DNA of 24,367 nt from a virus (taxonomy: Duplodnaviria > Caudoviricetes): the IMG/VR virus record IMGVR_UViG_3300030708_000075, positions 1-24,367 of that record. The stretch is one strand, 5' to 3'. The notes under the pieces are model-generated. The model made no database searches and had not been told where the DNA came from. It saw only the letters and a program-made list of their open reading frames with translations. The position numbers and the translations under genes are program-made. The number at the start of each line of letters is the position of its first letter. Positions within the stretch are counted from its first letter, which is position 1. Of this stretch, positions 15,883 through 24,367 are shown one piece after another.

Positions 15883-17997
15883 ATGGCTATAACAAACGCA
15901 CAACAATTCAAACAACTTGTAAACCCACCAATGAAAGGTAAGAAAAGACCAGGTTATCGTGGACCAGGTGGTTATCAAGGTGGAAGAAAAGATACAGCTC
16001 CAGGAGCTGCAAAGGCAGGCCCTGTTGAAAGACCTGGTAGCGCAGATAATAGAAGAGAACAATACGCTGTAACAGGAAATTTAAGAGATGTTAAAAGTGA
16101 AAAACAATTAGGTAGAGAAGCAGAATTTGATAAATTTAAATACACTAGACCAGAGGTAAATGTTCCAGGTTTGTTTGGTCGTCTTTTAAAAAAACCAATA
16201 CAAAAATTTGCAGATTTTAGTGCTCGTAAAAACAGAGCTTTTTTTGAAGATGTAATTAGAGCAGGTAAAATACCTGGATTAAGTTTTGATATGACTCAAC
16301 AGGAGTTAGAAAAAGCTTATGATGATTACATGTCAGCTAGATTATCAGGAGAGATAGATGCATTTGGTAATCCACTTAATCAAGGCGATGATAGCTCACC
16401 TCTTTTACGAACAGGCATCATGGCCCAAGCACCAAAAGAGGACGAAGAAGAAGATCCATTCTTTCCTAATTTTAGATTAATGGCAGATGGTGGACGAGTT
16501 GGTCTTCAAGAAGGCGGTGGTATCGAACAAAGATTAGAACAACTAGGTGGTGATGTGACCTCTGCAGAACAAATGTTACAAGGTATTAATCAAAGATTAA
16601 AAACAGCTGAATCTAGTTTAGGTTCAGGTGGTGGTATTGGTGGTTTACCAGGAGCTGGTGGACCAAAAATTGATGAAGCTTTTAATCCTATGCAGACTCC
16701 TCCTGGAATGTTTCCAGCAGGTCCTCCGCAAGGTTTTTCTTCTTTTGAAGAAATGATGAAATTTAGAACAACACAAGATGTTCCAAATTTTTTTTATGAT
16801 TTAGAAGGAGTTCGAAGGGATCCTCAAGGAAATTTATTTACTCCAAAACCTGGACAACTGCCTACAACAATAACACGACCGAGACCAGAAATTGGTGCTA
16901 TTAATTTTTTACAATCACCACAACAAGACCCTTATAAGGGCACACAATTAGCTGGATTAAGTCAAGATGGCCAACGATTTGATTCTGCTCAAAGTGCGTT
17001 TGATGCTCTTGCAGAACAAACTCGTAAGATTCGTGAGTTTCATCGTGGTAGAGATATGGTAGGCACTGAACTCTTTCAAGGTGCAGAAGGATTTAAAAGA
17101 TTTACTGATATGTTTAATAAAATAAATGACCCAAGTTACGTTGCACCATCACCACAATTATTATCTGCTCAAGGAAGTTTAGGCATACCAGCAGCAGGTT
17201 ACGCGGATGGTGGTTTAGCAGATATTGCAAGACAAGAATTATTTTTAGGTGGTGTTGCAGATACAATTGGAAAAGGATTAAAAAAAGCAACAAGAGCAAT
17301 TAAAAAAATTGCAAAGTCACCAATAGGTAAAGCTGCATTATTGTATGCAGGTGGTAGTTTTTTATCAGGCAAAGGTATTTTTGGTAGTTTACAACCAAGT
17401 TTTTTAAAAAACATGTCAGTTAATAAAGCTTTAATGCAAGCTGGATCTAGTGATTATCAAGGTGGTGCAACTAGTATTTTTGATTTAATTCCAGGTGGCA
17501 AAACAGGGGCAGCTATTTTAGGTACATCAATAGCGGCAGGTTTAACGACACCAAAAGAGGACAAAACAAAGACCACGGATCTTGGACCAGATATAGATGA
17601 CCCTGAACTTATTATGAGGTACCCAGAATTATATCGTAATTTTAGACAGTTTGCAGAGGGTGGATCTACTGACAAAGAACCGGTGGCTAAAAAAACTATG
17701 CCACTATTAGACATGGGTGGCAAAGAAATGGATCTTAGAGAAGAAGGTGGCTTTGTACCAATAGGTAGAATGGAAAAAGCAGATGATGTGCCGGCAAGAT
17801 TATCAAAGAATGAGTTTGTATTTACAGCAGATGCTGTTAGAAATGCAGGTGACGGAGATGTAGACAAAGGCGCAGAAGTTATGTATAACATGATGAAGAA
17901 CCTCGAAGCCGGGGGTGAAGTATCAGAAGAATCGCAAGGCATGGATGGCGCACGTAAAATGTTTCAAACATCACAAAGATTAGGAGAAGTCTTATAA
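15883..17997 (+). CDS. Putative internal virion protein with multiple xxxGG motifs and tape-measure-like C-terminal domain
   Basis: 704 aa Gly/Pro-rich; MADGG, LQEGG, YADGG, LFLGG, FAEGG; C-terminal DDVPARLSKNEFVFTADAV. Confidence 0.65.
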   Translation: MAITNAQQFKQLVNPPMKGKKRPGYRGPGGYQGGRKDTAPGAAKAGPVERPGSADNRREQYAVTGNLRDVKSEKQLGREAEFDKFKYTRPEVNVPGLFGRLLKKPIQKFADFSARKNRAFFEDVIRAGKIPGLSFDMTQQELEKAYDDYMSARLSGEIDAFGNPLNQGDDSSPLLRTGIMAQAPKEDEEEDPFFPNFRLMADGGRVGLQEGGGIEQRLEQLGGDVTSAEQMLQGINQRLKTAESSLGSGGGIGGLPGAGGPKIDEAFNPMQTPPGMFPAGPPQGFSSFEEMMKFRTTQDVPNFFYDLEGVRRDPQGNLFTPKPGQLPTTITRPRPEIGAINFLQSPQQDPYKGTQLAGLSQDGQRFDSAQSAFDALAEQTRKIREFHRGRDMVGTELFQGAEGFKRFTDMFNKINDPSYVAPSPQLLSAQGSLGIPAAGYADGGLADIARQELFLGGVADTIGKGLKKATRAIKKIAKSPIGKAALLYAGGSFLSGKGIFGSLQPSFLKNMSVNKALMQAGSSDYQGGATSIFDLIPGGKTGAAILGTSIAAGLTTPKEDKTKTTDLGPDIDDPELIMRYPELYRNFRQFAEGGSTDKEPVAKKTMPLLDMGGKEMDLREEGGFVPIGRMEKADDVPARLSKNEFVFTADAVRNAGDGDVDKGAEVMYNMMKNLEAGGEVSEESQGMDGARKMFQTSQRLGEVL

Positions 17998-19055
17998 TGG
18001 CAACAGAAACCGTAATACAACGACCAGCACCCTTTATAGAAAAGCTTGGTACAAATTTAGCTGAAAATATATTAGCTCAACAAGGCACACCCGTAGTAAC
18101 AGGTGGTTTAGCTTCTTTGGGTGCAATGGCACAACCTGATAAACAAGATTTTGAAACGGATAAACAATTTGAAAAAAGAAAAGAATTATTTGATGCTCAA
18201 AGAAGAGCAGCAGTAGGGTTTGAACAAAGACAACAAGCTTTAAAAGGACTTGCACCAGAGGTAGCAAAACAAGATGCATTACAAACGCGAGCACAAGAAT
18301 TAGCAACTCAAGGTGTAGGATCTTTCTCACCATTTTTACAAAAAGCACAGGCAGCCGCTGCAGATGCTGGAACAGCATTAGGAGGAGTAGGTTTAGGAGC
18401 ACAAGCTTTTCAACAAGACGTACAAAATTTTATGTCCCCATATCAATCACAAGTTATTGATGCTACATTAGCAGAGTTTGATCGTAATAAAGCTATACAA
18501 GAACAAAGTATACGAGATCAACAAGCAGCTTTGGGTGCGCTCGGCGCTGGTCGAGCGGGAGTGCAACTCGCAGAGTTTGGCACAGGGGCTGCGAGAGAAC
18601 GAGCATTATTACAAGCCGGTCTCTTGCAACAAGGTTTTAATCAAGCAGCAGCGGCTAGACAGCAAGATATTCAAAACAGAGGAGGACTAGCTTCAGCATT
18701 ACGAGGTTTAGGTGGATTTCAAGCAACTTTAGGTCAAACACAACAAGCAGCCACAGGAACAGATATTGGACGTTTAGGTCAGTTGGGCGCACTGAACCAA
18801 GCGCAACGACAAGCTGAACTAGATGCACAAAGAGAGGCTACAAGACAGGCAACGTTCTTACCACAAGAACAATTAGATAGATTTGGTGGTCAAGTGGCAT
18901 CACTCATGGGTGGTTATCCAGGTGGAACAACGGCAACAAACGTTCCTAACCCTACACCATTACAAACTGCATTAGGTGTTGGTACAACACTCGCTGGTAT
19001 CTATGGTGGACTAACAGGTAAATTACAAGGTAATTTTAATTTTGGACCAAGATAA
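17997..19055 (+). CDS. Putative DNA ejection/pilot protein
   Basis: 352 aa Gln/Ala/Gly-rich helical; FMSPYQSQVID motif; hydrophobic Gly-rich C-terminus. Confidence 0.6.
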   Translation: MATETVIQRPAPFIEKLGTNLAENILAQQGTPVVTGGLASLGAMAQPDKQDFETDKQFEKRKELFDAQRRAAVGFEQRQQALKGLAPEVAKQDALQTRAQELATQGVGSFSPFLQKAQAAAADAGTALGGVGLGAQAFQQDVQNFMSPYQSQVIDATLAEFDRNKAIQEQSIRDQQAALGALGAGRAGVQLAEFGTGAARERALLQAGLLQQGFNQAAAARQQDIQNRGGLASALRGLGGFQATLGQTQQAATGTDIGRLGQLGALNQAQRQAELDAQREATRQATFLPQEQLDRFGGQVASLMGGYPGGTTATNVPNPTPLQTALGVGTTLAGIYGGLTGKLQGNFNFGPR

Positions 19056-19906
19056 TGAATAGAACTTTAAAAAGACCAATGTTTAGAATAGGTGGATCAG
19101 CGGGAACTGGTATTACATCAGGATTAGATCAACCAAGAAAACAATACGCAAATGGAACTCAAATGCCTAACTTTCAAGTAGGTGGTTTACCAGGATTTTT
19201 AACTGGTTTTGGTTTAAATCTTTTATCAACACCACCAAGAGGTAATATATTTCAAACAGCTGCGGTAGCTGCACAAGATCCATTTAGAAGATTACAAGCA
19301 ACTCAAGCAGCAGCATCGAAAACAGCATCTGACAGAGCGTTTGCAAAAGAACTAGCTCAAGAAGAAAGAGACTTTGAAGAAAGTCAATTAGAAAAAAGAT
19401 TAGCTGTTGAAAGAGAAAAGATAGCAGCGGGTGATGAGTTTTCATTAAATCAACTTACACAATTATATTTAGATAATTATCAAGGTGATCCTAACGCACA
19501 GATAAAAGCTTCAAACCATGCTAACTACATAAAAAATATTCTTCCAGATTTAAGACAAAATGTGGGTGATACACAAATAGGTGGTATTGTTGAAGAAGAT
19601 TTAAGTGATGTAGATAAAGCTACTAAATTTGCAAAAAGAAATAAAAACAAAGTTGGAAAAATTTTTTATGATGTAAATTCAGGAACACTTAAAAAATTAG
19701 TTAGAGACCCAGAAACAAACGCTTTAGGATTTGTACCTTTTGATATGTCCGCTCCAATGACTCCTGATGAAGAAGGTAAGTTTTTACCAAAACCTGAAGC
19801 TCCAACACCAGGATTATTTGGTCAAGAAAAAAAACCAGATAAAACATTTAAAGAGGTTTTTAATATAGAAGACGATAGTGATTTCGGCATAGGCTTCTAC
19901 GATTAG
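19055..19906 (+). CDS. Putative internal virion/ejection protein
   Basis: 283 aa; N-terminal RPMFRIGG...GITSGL, hydrophobic FLTGFGLNLLS segment, then coiled coil. Confidence 0.55.
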   Translation: MNRTLKRPMFRIGGSAGTGITSGLDQPRKQYANGTQMPNFQVGGLPGFLTGFGLNLLSTPPRGNIFQTAAVAAQDPFRRLQATQAAASKTASDRAFAKELAQEERDFEESQLEKRLAVEREKIAAGDEFSLNQLTQLYLDNYQGDPNAQIKASNHANYIKNILPDLRQNVGDTQIGGIVEEDLSDVDKATKFAKRNKNKVGKIFYDVNSGTLKKLVRDPETNALGFVPFDMSAPMTPDEEGKFLPKPEAPTPGLFGQEKKPDKTFKEVFNIEDDSDFGIGFYD

Positions 19907-19915
19907 GAGCAATAA

Positions 19916-22900
19916 ATGGCAGAATTTGTCCCATTAATACCTTCAGAAGAAAATAGCTCAGCAGCATGGTACACATCTGTTGGTGCTGGTTTTGCATCTG
20001 GTTTGTTAAAAACAGTTGAAGGAGTCGTATCTCTTGGTGCAGAACTCGTAGATCTTGGAGCAGATTCAAATACGGTGGCAACCATAGAAAAATTTTTTGA
20101 TGATGTAAATATATTTGAAGACACGGCACAAGAAAGAGTTGCTGGTAAACTTGTAGAAGTATTTACACAGATAGGTATACCAGGTGGTGCAGGTTTTAAA
20201 CTTGCAACTAAACTAGCTGATAAAGCAATTAAAGCAAAGAAAACTGGCACGTATGCTAATTTAAAAACTAAAGCCGTACAAGACGGTATGAAACAAGCAA
20301 AATCATTAAATGATAGAATACCTGATGGTACAAAAAGATTTGCGGCAGGTGTATTTGGTGGTGCAACAGGAGAAACACTTGTTGCAGATGTAGAAGATAT
20401 AGGAACATTTGGAGATTTTTTTGAAGGACCAACTGCACTAGATACAACTGAAAGTGAAGGTAGAGATGAAGCAGGTAGAAGAATATTAAATAGATTAAAG
20501 TTTGGAACTGAGTCTATATTTATTACACCATTTGTTTATGGTGTGGGTAAAGCAGGTAAAGCTTTAGCTAAAAGAGGTAAAGATCTTGCTTATAGTGATA
20601 GTGCTTTTGAAAGATGGGTAGATAAATACATAGGTTCATATTTTAGACCAAGAGGTGATTTACCGACGGAAGTGTTTGAGGCTGAAATGGCAAAAGCAGG
20701 ACTTAAAGCAAGAGATACTTTTAGAGCAAGAGAGATCGTAGAAAATATTACAAGAGAAGTAGATAGAATATTTCCTAGAACAGGTAAGTTTTTCGATACA
20801 TCCACAAACAAGGAGCAGGTAGATTTTTATAAAAAAATAAATGATGTATTATTTGAAGGAGATTTAACAAAAGAAATAAATCCAAAAGCCGTAGATGATC
20901 TTGTAAAATTTTTACAGAAATCAGATATAGGTGAAGAATCTGTGCAAAACATAGTATCTAATTTAAATAATGCTAGAGGTGAGTTTACTAATTTAATTAA
21001 TATATTAAATAGAAATGCAGGTAAAAAAGTATCCGCAGGTGCAAAAGATTTACAAGCTATTATGAAAGATAGAATAGAAGGTTGGCTAGGTGGCACATAT
21101 AGAATATTTCAAAAGCCAGGAGGTCTGTTTAAATTATTTCAAAAATTTAAACCAACAGATCAAGCGTATGTAAACGCAATAAATTTATTTAGAAGATATC
21201 TTGCAAAAACAGATAAAACTAGAACAACAGCTTTTGATCCAGATAGCACGGAATATTATGAAAGAGCAAAATTTTTAGTAGATGATATTATTAATCAAGT
21301 ACAAGTTAAAAAGAAAGCAGGTGGTTTACCCGATATTACCTATACAAATGGCACGGCTATGTCTAAGAAAAAAACTTTTGATAAGATACCTGGTAAAGGT
21401 AGTAAAGTATTTAGAGAATTGTTTGGTGAAATAGAAGATCCAAGATATTCTATATTTAATGCGATGACTAATTTATCTGCAGTTGCAAGAACAGCAACAT
21501 ATCTTGATGATTTAAATCAACAAAATTTAAAAGTGCAACAAGGTGGTGGTAGAGGTTTCTTTTGGGATAGTGAGGATCTTGCAAAACAAGCTGTGCAATC
21601 ACCAACAACTGGTATTGAAATAGTTTCTCTTGATAGTGTTATACAAAAATTACCTGGTGGTAGCACATTATCTAATCCTTTATCTGGTAAATATACCACA
21701 AAAGAAATAGCAGACGGCATTGCAAATATAAATGATGTTGGTGCAAGTTTGACTGGTATTGTTAGAGGCCGTGAAGGTGCGAAAGGTGCAGAAAAAGCAG
21801 CGATGTGGTTTTACAGAAATTTATTATTGTTTCCAAAAGGAATATCACAACTTGCAAAAACAGTTTTATCTATACCTACACACTTACGTAATTTTTTTAG
21901 TGCCGGTGCGTTTGCTGCCGCAAACGGTGTGCTGTTTGAAGGTATAACTAATCCTAACTTATTAAGAAAAGCTTTCGCTGAGGGTATTGATACATCAGGG
22001 CTCTTGAAACTAGGTCCAAATTCTGCAGAAGCACAAGCAGCTTACAGAGAATTATTAGAGCTTGGGGTTGTAAACTCACAAGTGCAAATAGGAGATCTTG
22101 TAAGTTTATTAAAAGATGTAACTGGTAACCCAGGCGCTATATCTACAGATGCAATACTAAATCCAATTTTAACTAGATTTAAAAAACTTGGCAGTTTCTT
22201 TCAAGGTAAGTATGTTGCAGAGGACGACACATGGAAAATTACAAACTATGTTGTTGAATTAGATAGATTAAAAAAAGCTGCTATTAAAAGGGGCGTCGAT
22301 ATAAATAAAGAAGGCGTGTTAAGAGGATTAAAACAAGAGGCAGCTAACATAGTTAAAAACACGGTGCCAAACTACGCATACGTTGGATCTGCGGTTAAGA
22401 CTGCTAGGATATTACCAATCGGTAATTTTATGTCATTTCCATCTGAAATAATTAGAACTACAACCAATATTGCAGAGCAAGGTTTAAAAGAATTACGACA
22501 CATACCAAATTCAGGTGAGGTTATAAGAGGTAGCAACGTCACCCCATATGTTTTTATAGAGGGTAAAGGTCTAGTTAAAAATAATGCAATAGATAGAGGA
22601 ACGTATGGCACAGGATTTAAAAGAATATCAGGTATGGCATTTACTTTAGGAGCAGTTCCTGTAATTGCAACAGAAGGTGCAAAAGCCATTTACGATGTTA
22701 CAGAAGATGAAATACAAGCTTTACGTCAGTTTGTTCCTGACTGGTCTAAAAACTCTACAATCATACCAATAAGAACTGATGATGGTGAATTACGTTACAT
22801 AGATTTTAGTCACAGCAATGCTTATGATGTAATTGCTAGACCATATAGAACTTTAGTAAATAATATTATTGCAGGTGAAGCCACAGATCAAACATTGTTA

Positions 22901-23854
22901 TCTGGGTTTGTAGAAGGTGTAACTGAAGCTGGCGCAGAAATAATGAATCCATTTATATCAGAGTCTATCTGGACAGAAGCATCAGCAGATATATTTATTA
23001 GAGGTGGTAGAACCAAAGAAGGTAGAAGATTATATACTGATCAAACACCAGCAGGTGATAAAACTGCGATTACATTTTTACATTTAGGTCAAGCACTTGC
23101 ACCATCGTATAAACAATTTCAAAGATTAGGTGAAGCTGCATTTGGTATACCAACAAAACGTGGAGATGAATTAAATATAGGACCAGAACTAGCAGGGTTT
23201 ATGGGATTACGTCCTATCAAAGTAGATCCACTACAATCCATGGGATTTAAAATAGCTGAATATCAAGAGGGTATTAGAAATGCTAGAAGAGAGTTTACTG
23301 GTGGTTACTTTGGAATATTAAGAGGTGGTAGAATAAAACCAAATGATGTTATTAATGCATACTATAACTCAAACAGAGCTAGATTTTTAGTTCAACAAGA
23401 GATGAATAAAAATATATCTGCTGCAGGAATTCTTGGAGTAGATGCAGGAAAATTAAGAAGAGAGTTTAGTGATAGACAAATAAGTCCTGTAACGTTTCGT
23501 AATTTAGCAGTTGGAAAATTTGAACCATATTTTCCATCAGAAGACATACAAGCAAGATTTGCTGAGATTGCAAGAAATTTAGGTGATCCAAATGTGTTTA
23601 CTGAAGTTGCACCAACTTTAAGATCTATGAGAAGTTTATTTAGAACATTACCATTAGATGGACCATTTGATCTTGATTTAAATGATTTTTTATTTGAAGA
23701 AGCACCATTAATACCGTTACCAAGCACACCACAACCAGTAGTGGGTACACAAGTAAATGCGCAACAAATTGATCCAAGAACTAACTTGACACGAACACAA
23801 CAAGCCCTATTATCACCAGAAGAGCAAGTTATTGCTAGTAGGAGACAAACATAA
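19916..23854 (+). CDS. Large putative internal virion/ejection protein (gp16-like position)
   Basis: 1312 aa, AGGAG SD; largest gene, last of the structural block, helical with Gly/Ala-rich N-terminal segments. Confidence 0.6.
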   Translation: MAEFVPLIPSEENSSAAWYTSVGAGFASGLLKTVEGVVSLGAELVDLGADSNTVATIEKFFDDVNIFEDTAQERVAGKLVEVFTQIGIPGGAGFKLATKLADKAIKAKKTGTYANLKTKAVQDGMKQAKSLNDRIPDGTKRFAAGVFGGATGETLVADVEDIGTFGDFFEGPTALDTTESEGRDEAGRRILNRLKFGTESIFITPFVYGVGKAGKALAKRGKDLAYSDSAFERWVDKYIGSYFRPRGDLPTEVFEAEMAKAGLKARDTFRAREIVENITREVDRIFPRTGKFFDTSTNKEQVDFYKKINDVLFEGDLTKEINPKAVDDLVKFLQKSDIGEESVQNIVSNLNNARGEFTNLINILNRNAGKKVSAGAKDLQAIMKDRIEGWLGGTYRIFQKPGGLFKLFQKFKPTDQAYVNAINLFRRYLAKTDKTRTTAFDPDSTEYYERAKFLVDDIINQVQVKKKAGGLPDITYTNGTAMSKKKTFDKIPGKGSKVFRELFGEIEDPRYSIFNAMTNLSAVARTATYLDDLNQQNLKVQQGGGRGFFWDSEDLAKQAVQSPTTGIEIVSLDSVIQKLPGGSTLSNPLSGKYTTKEIADGIANINDVGASLTGIVRGREGAKGAEKAAMWFYRNLLLFPKGISQLAKTVLSIPTHLRNFFSAGAFAAANGVLFEGITNPNLLRKAFAEGIDTSGLLKLGPNSAEAQAAYRELLELGVVNSQVQIGDLVSLLKDVTGNPGAISTDAILNPILTRFKKLGSFFQGKYVAEDDTWKITNYVVELDRLKKAAIKRGVDINKEGVLRGLKQEAANIVKNTVPNYAYVGSAVKTARILPIGNFMSFPSEIIRTTTNIAEQGLKELRHIPNSGEVIRGSNVTPYVFIEGKGLVKNNAIDRGTYGTGFKRISGMAFTLGAVPVIATEGAKAIYDVTEDEIQALRQFVPDWSKNSTIIPIRTDDGELRYIDFSHSNAYDVIARPYRTLVNNIIAGEATDQTLLSGFVEGVTEAGAEIMNPFISESIWTEASADIFIRGGRTKEGRRLYTDQTPAGDKTAITFLHLGQALAPSYKQFQRLGEAAFGIPTKRGDELNIGPELAGFMGLRPIKVDPLQSMGFKIAEYQEGIRNARREFTGGYFGILRGGRIKPNDVINAYYNSNRARFLVQQEMNKNISAAGILGVDAGKLRREFSDRQISPVTFRNLAVGKFEPYFPSEDIQARFAEIARNLGDPNVFTEVAPTLRSMRSLFRTLPLDGPFDLDLNDFLFEEAPLIPLPSTPQPVVGTQVNAQQIDPRTNLTRTQQALLSPEEQVIASRRQT

Positions 23855-23961
23855 TGTTTGAGCAAATAAAAGAAATGCAAGAACGTATTAAAAGATTAGA
23901 ATATTGGATAGTCGGAGGTATGGGGGCTGTCCTTATAACTTTATTAACAGACATAGCATGA
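23854..23961 (+). CDS. 35-aa single-TM protein, holin-like candidate (not in ORF track)
   Basis: MFEQIKEMQERIKRLEYWIVGGMGAVLITLLTDIA; AGGAG SD, TAATG and ATGA overlaps; directly upstream of the endolysin. Confidence 0.6.
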   Translation: MFEQIKEMQERIKRLEYWIVGGMGAVLITLLTDIA

Positions 23962-24367
23962 ATCTTACACGGAACTTTACTCTCTCAGAGTTAATTAAAT
24001 CGGATACTGCAATACGAAAGGGTATCAACAACAATCCTAACGCAGAGCAGATAGAAAAACTAAAAGCGTTGTGTGAAAATATTCTTCAACCGGTACGTGA
24101 CCATTTTGGCAGGGTTAAGATCACTAGCGGTTTTCGTAGCGTAGAATTATGCGAGGCGATTGGTAGCTCTGCTAGATCGCAGCATGCCAAAGCTGAGGCC
24201 GCAGACTTCGAAGTTGTGGGCGTGGACAATGCTGAATTATTTGATTGGATTAAAGATAACCTTACACCGGATCAGTTGATCTTAGAATTTTATACTCCGG
24301 GTGAGCCTAATAGCGGGTGGATTCACTGCTCATGGATCCCGGACCAACCAAGAGCATCATTCTTACA
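23958..24367 (+). CDS. Peptidase M15 (Zn peptidoglycan peptidase) endolysin, 3'-truncated (not in ORF track)
   Basis: MNLTRNFTLSELIKS...ITSGFRS...SQHAKAEAADF...GWIHCS: SxHxxxxAxD and WxH zinc ligands. Confidence 0.88.
   Translation, partial: MNLTRNFTLSELIKSDTAIRKGINNNPNAEQIEKLKALCENILQPVRDHFGRVKITSGFRSVELCEAIGSSARSQHAKAEAADFEVVGVDNAELFDWIKDNLTPDQLILEFYTPGEPNSGWIHCSWIPDQPRASFL

Larger units (their letters stand above)
1..24367 (+). mobile_element. Tailed bacteriophage (podovirus-like, probably HTVC010P-type pelagiphage) structural and lysis module
   Basis: Co-oriented overlapping genes; adaptor-like, tail fibre, nozzle-like and ejection-like proteins, 2OG oxygenases and an M15 endolysin; low GC; no cellular housekeeping genes. 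Lineage call is from recall. Confidence 0.88.

Noticed and set aside
18478-18690. +1 frame 70-aa ORF as an independent gene
   Set aside because: TTG start without a clear SD; openness is explained by local GC richness. Kept only as context for the RNA structure finding.
12125-23880. Other nested short ORFs on either strand (e.g. 14001..14192, 17457..17942, 18034..18402, 19903..20250, 23392..23880)
   Set aside because: Fully overlap well-supported genes, with atypical composition and no motifs.
1-24367. tRNA, rRNA, intrinsic terminators, integrase or att sites
   Set aside because: Intergenic gaps are all under 60 nt, and no cloverleaf or GC stem followed by a U-tract was found.

Overview
A 24.4-kb, AT-rich, almost fully coding stretch of a tailed-phage genome. 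All credible genes are on the + strand, many coupled by TAATG/ATGA overlaps. Gene content and order suggest the morphogenesis module of a marine podovirus, probably an HTVC010P-type pelagiphage/SAR11 phage (from recalled family features, not a search). Order: two adaptor-like genes, small virion proteins, a Ser/Thr/Gly repeat protein and a tail fibre; then an accessory island with three paralogous Kelch-like beta-propeller proteins (5 propellers, about 30 repeats), two unknown proteins and four tandem 2OG-Fe(II) oxygenases; then a nozzle/gp10-like protein, small proteins, four putative internal/ejection proteins, a tiny membrane protein and a truncated peptidase M15 endolysin. Best candidates for undescribed biology: (1) Pro-Pro-loop propeller adhesins next to a separately promoted four-oxygenase cassette, possibly modifying virion proteins; (2) a recurring [FYML]xxGG motif in several proteins plus a tape-measure-like C-terminal domain, possibly a processing or sorting system; (3) a GC-rich, possibly switchable RNA structure inside an ejection gene; (4) a predicted leaderless transcript for the ejection operon. 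No rRNA, tRNA, CRISPR array, integrase or reverse transcriptase was seen.
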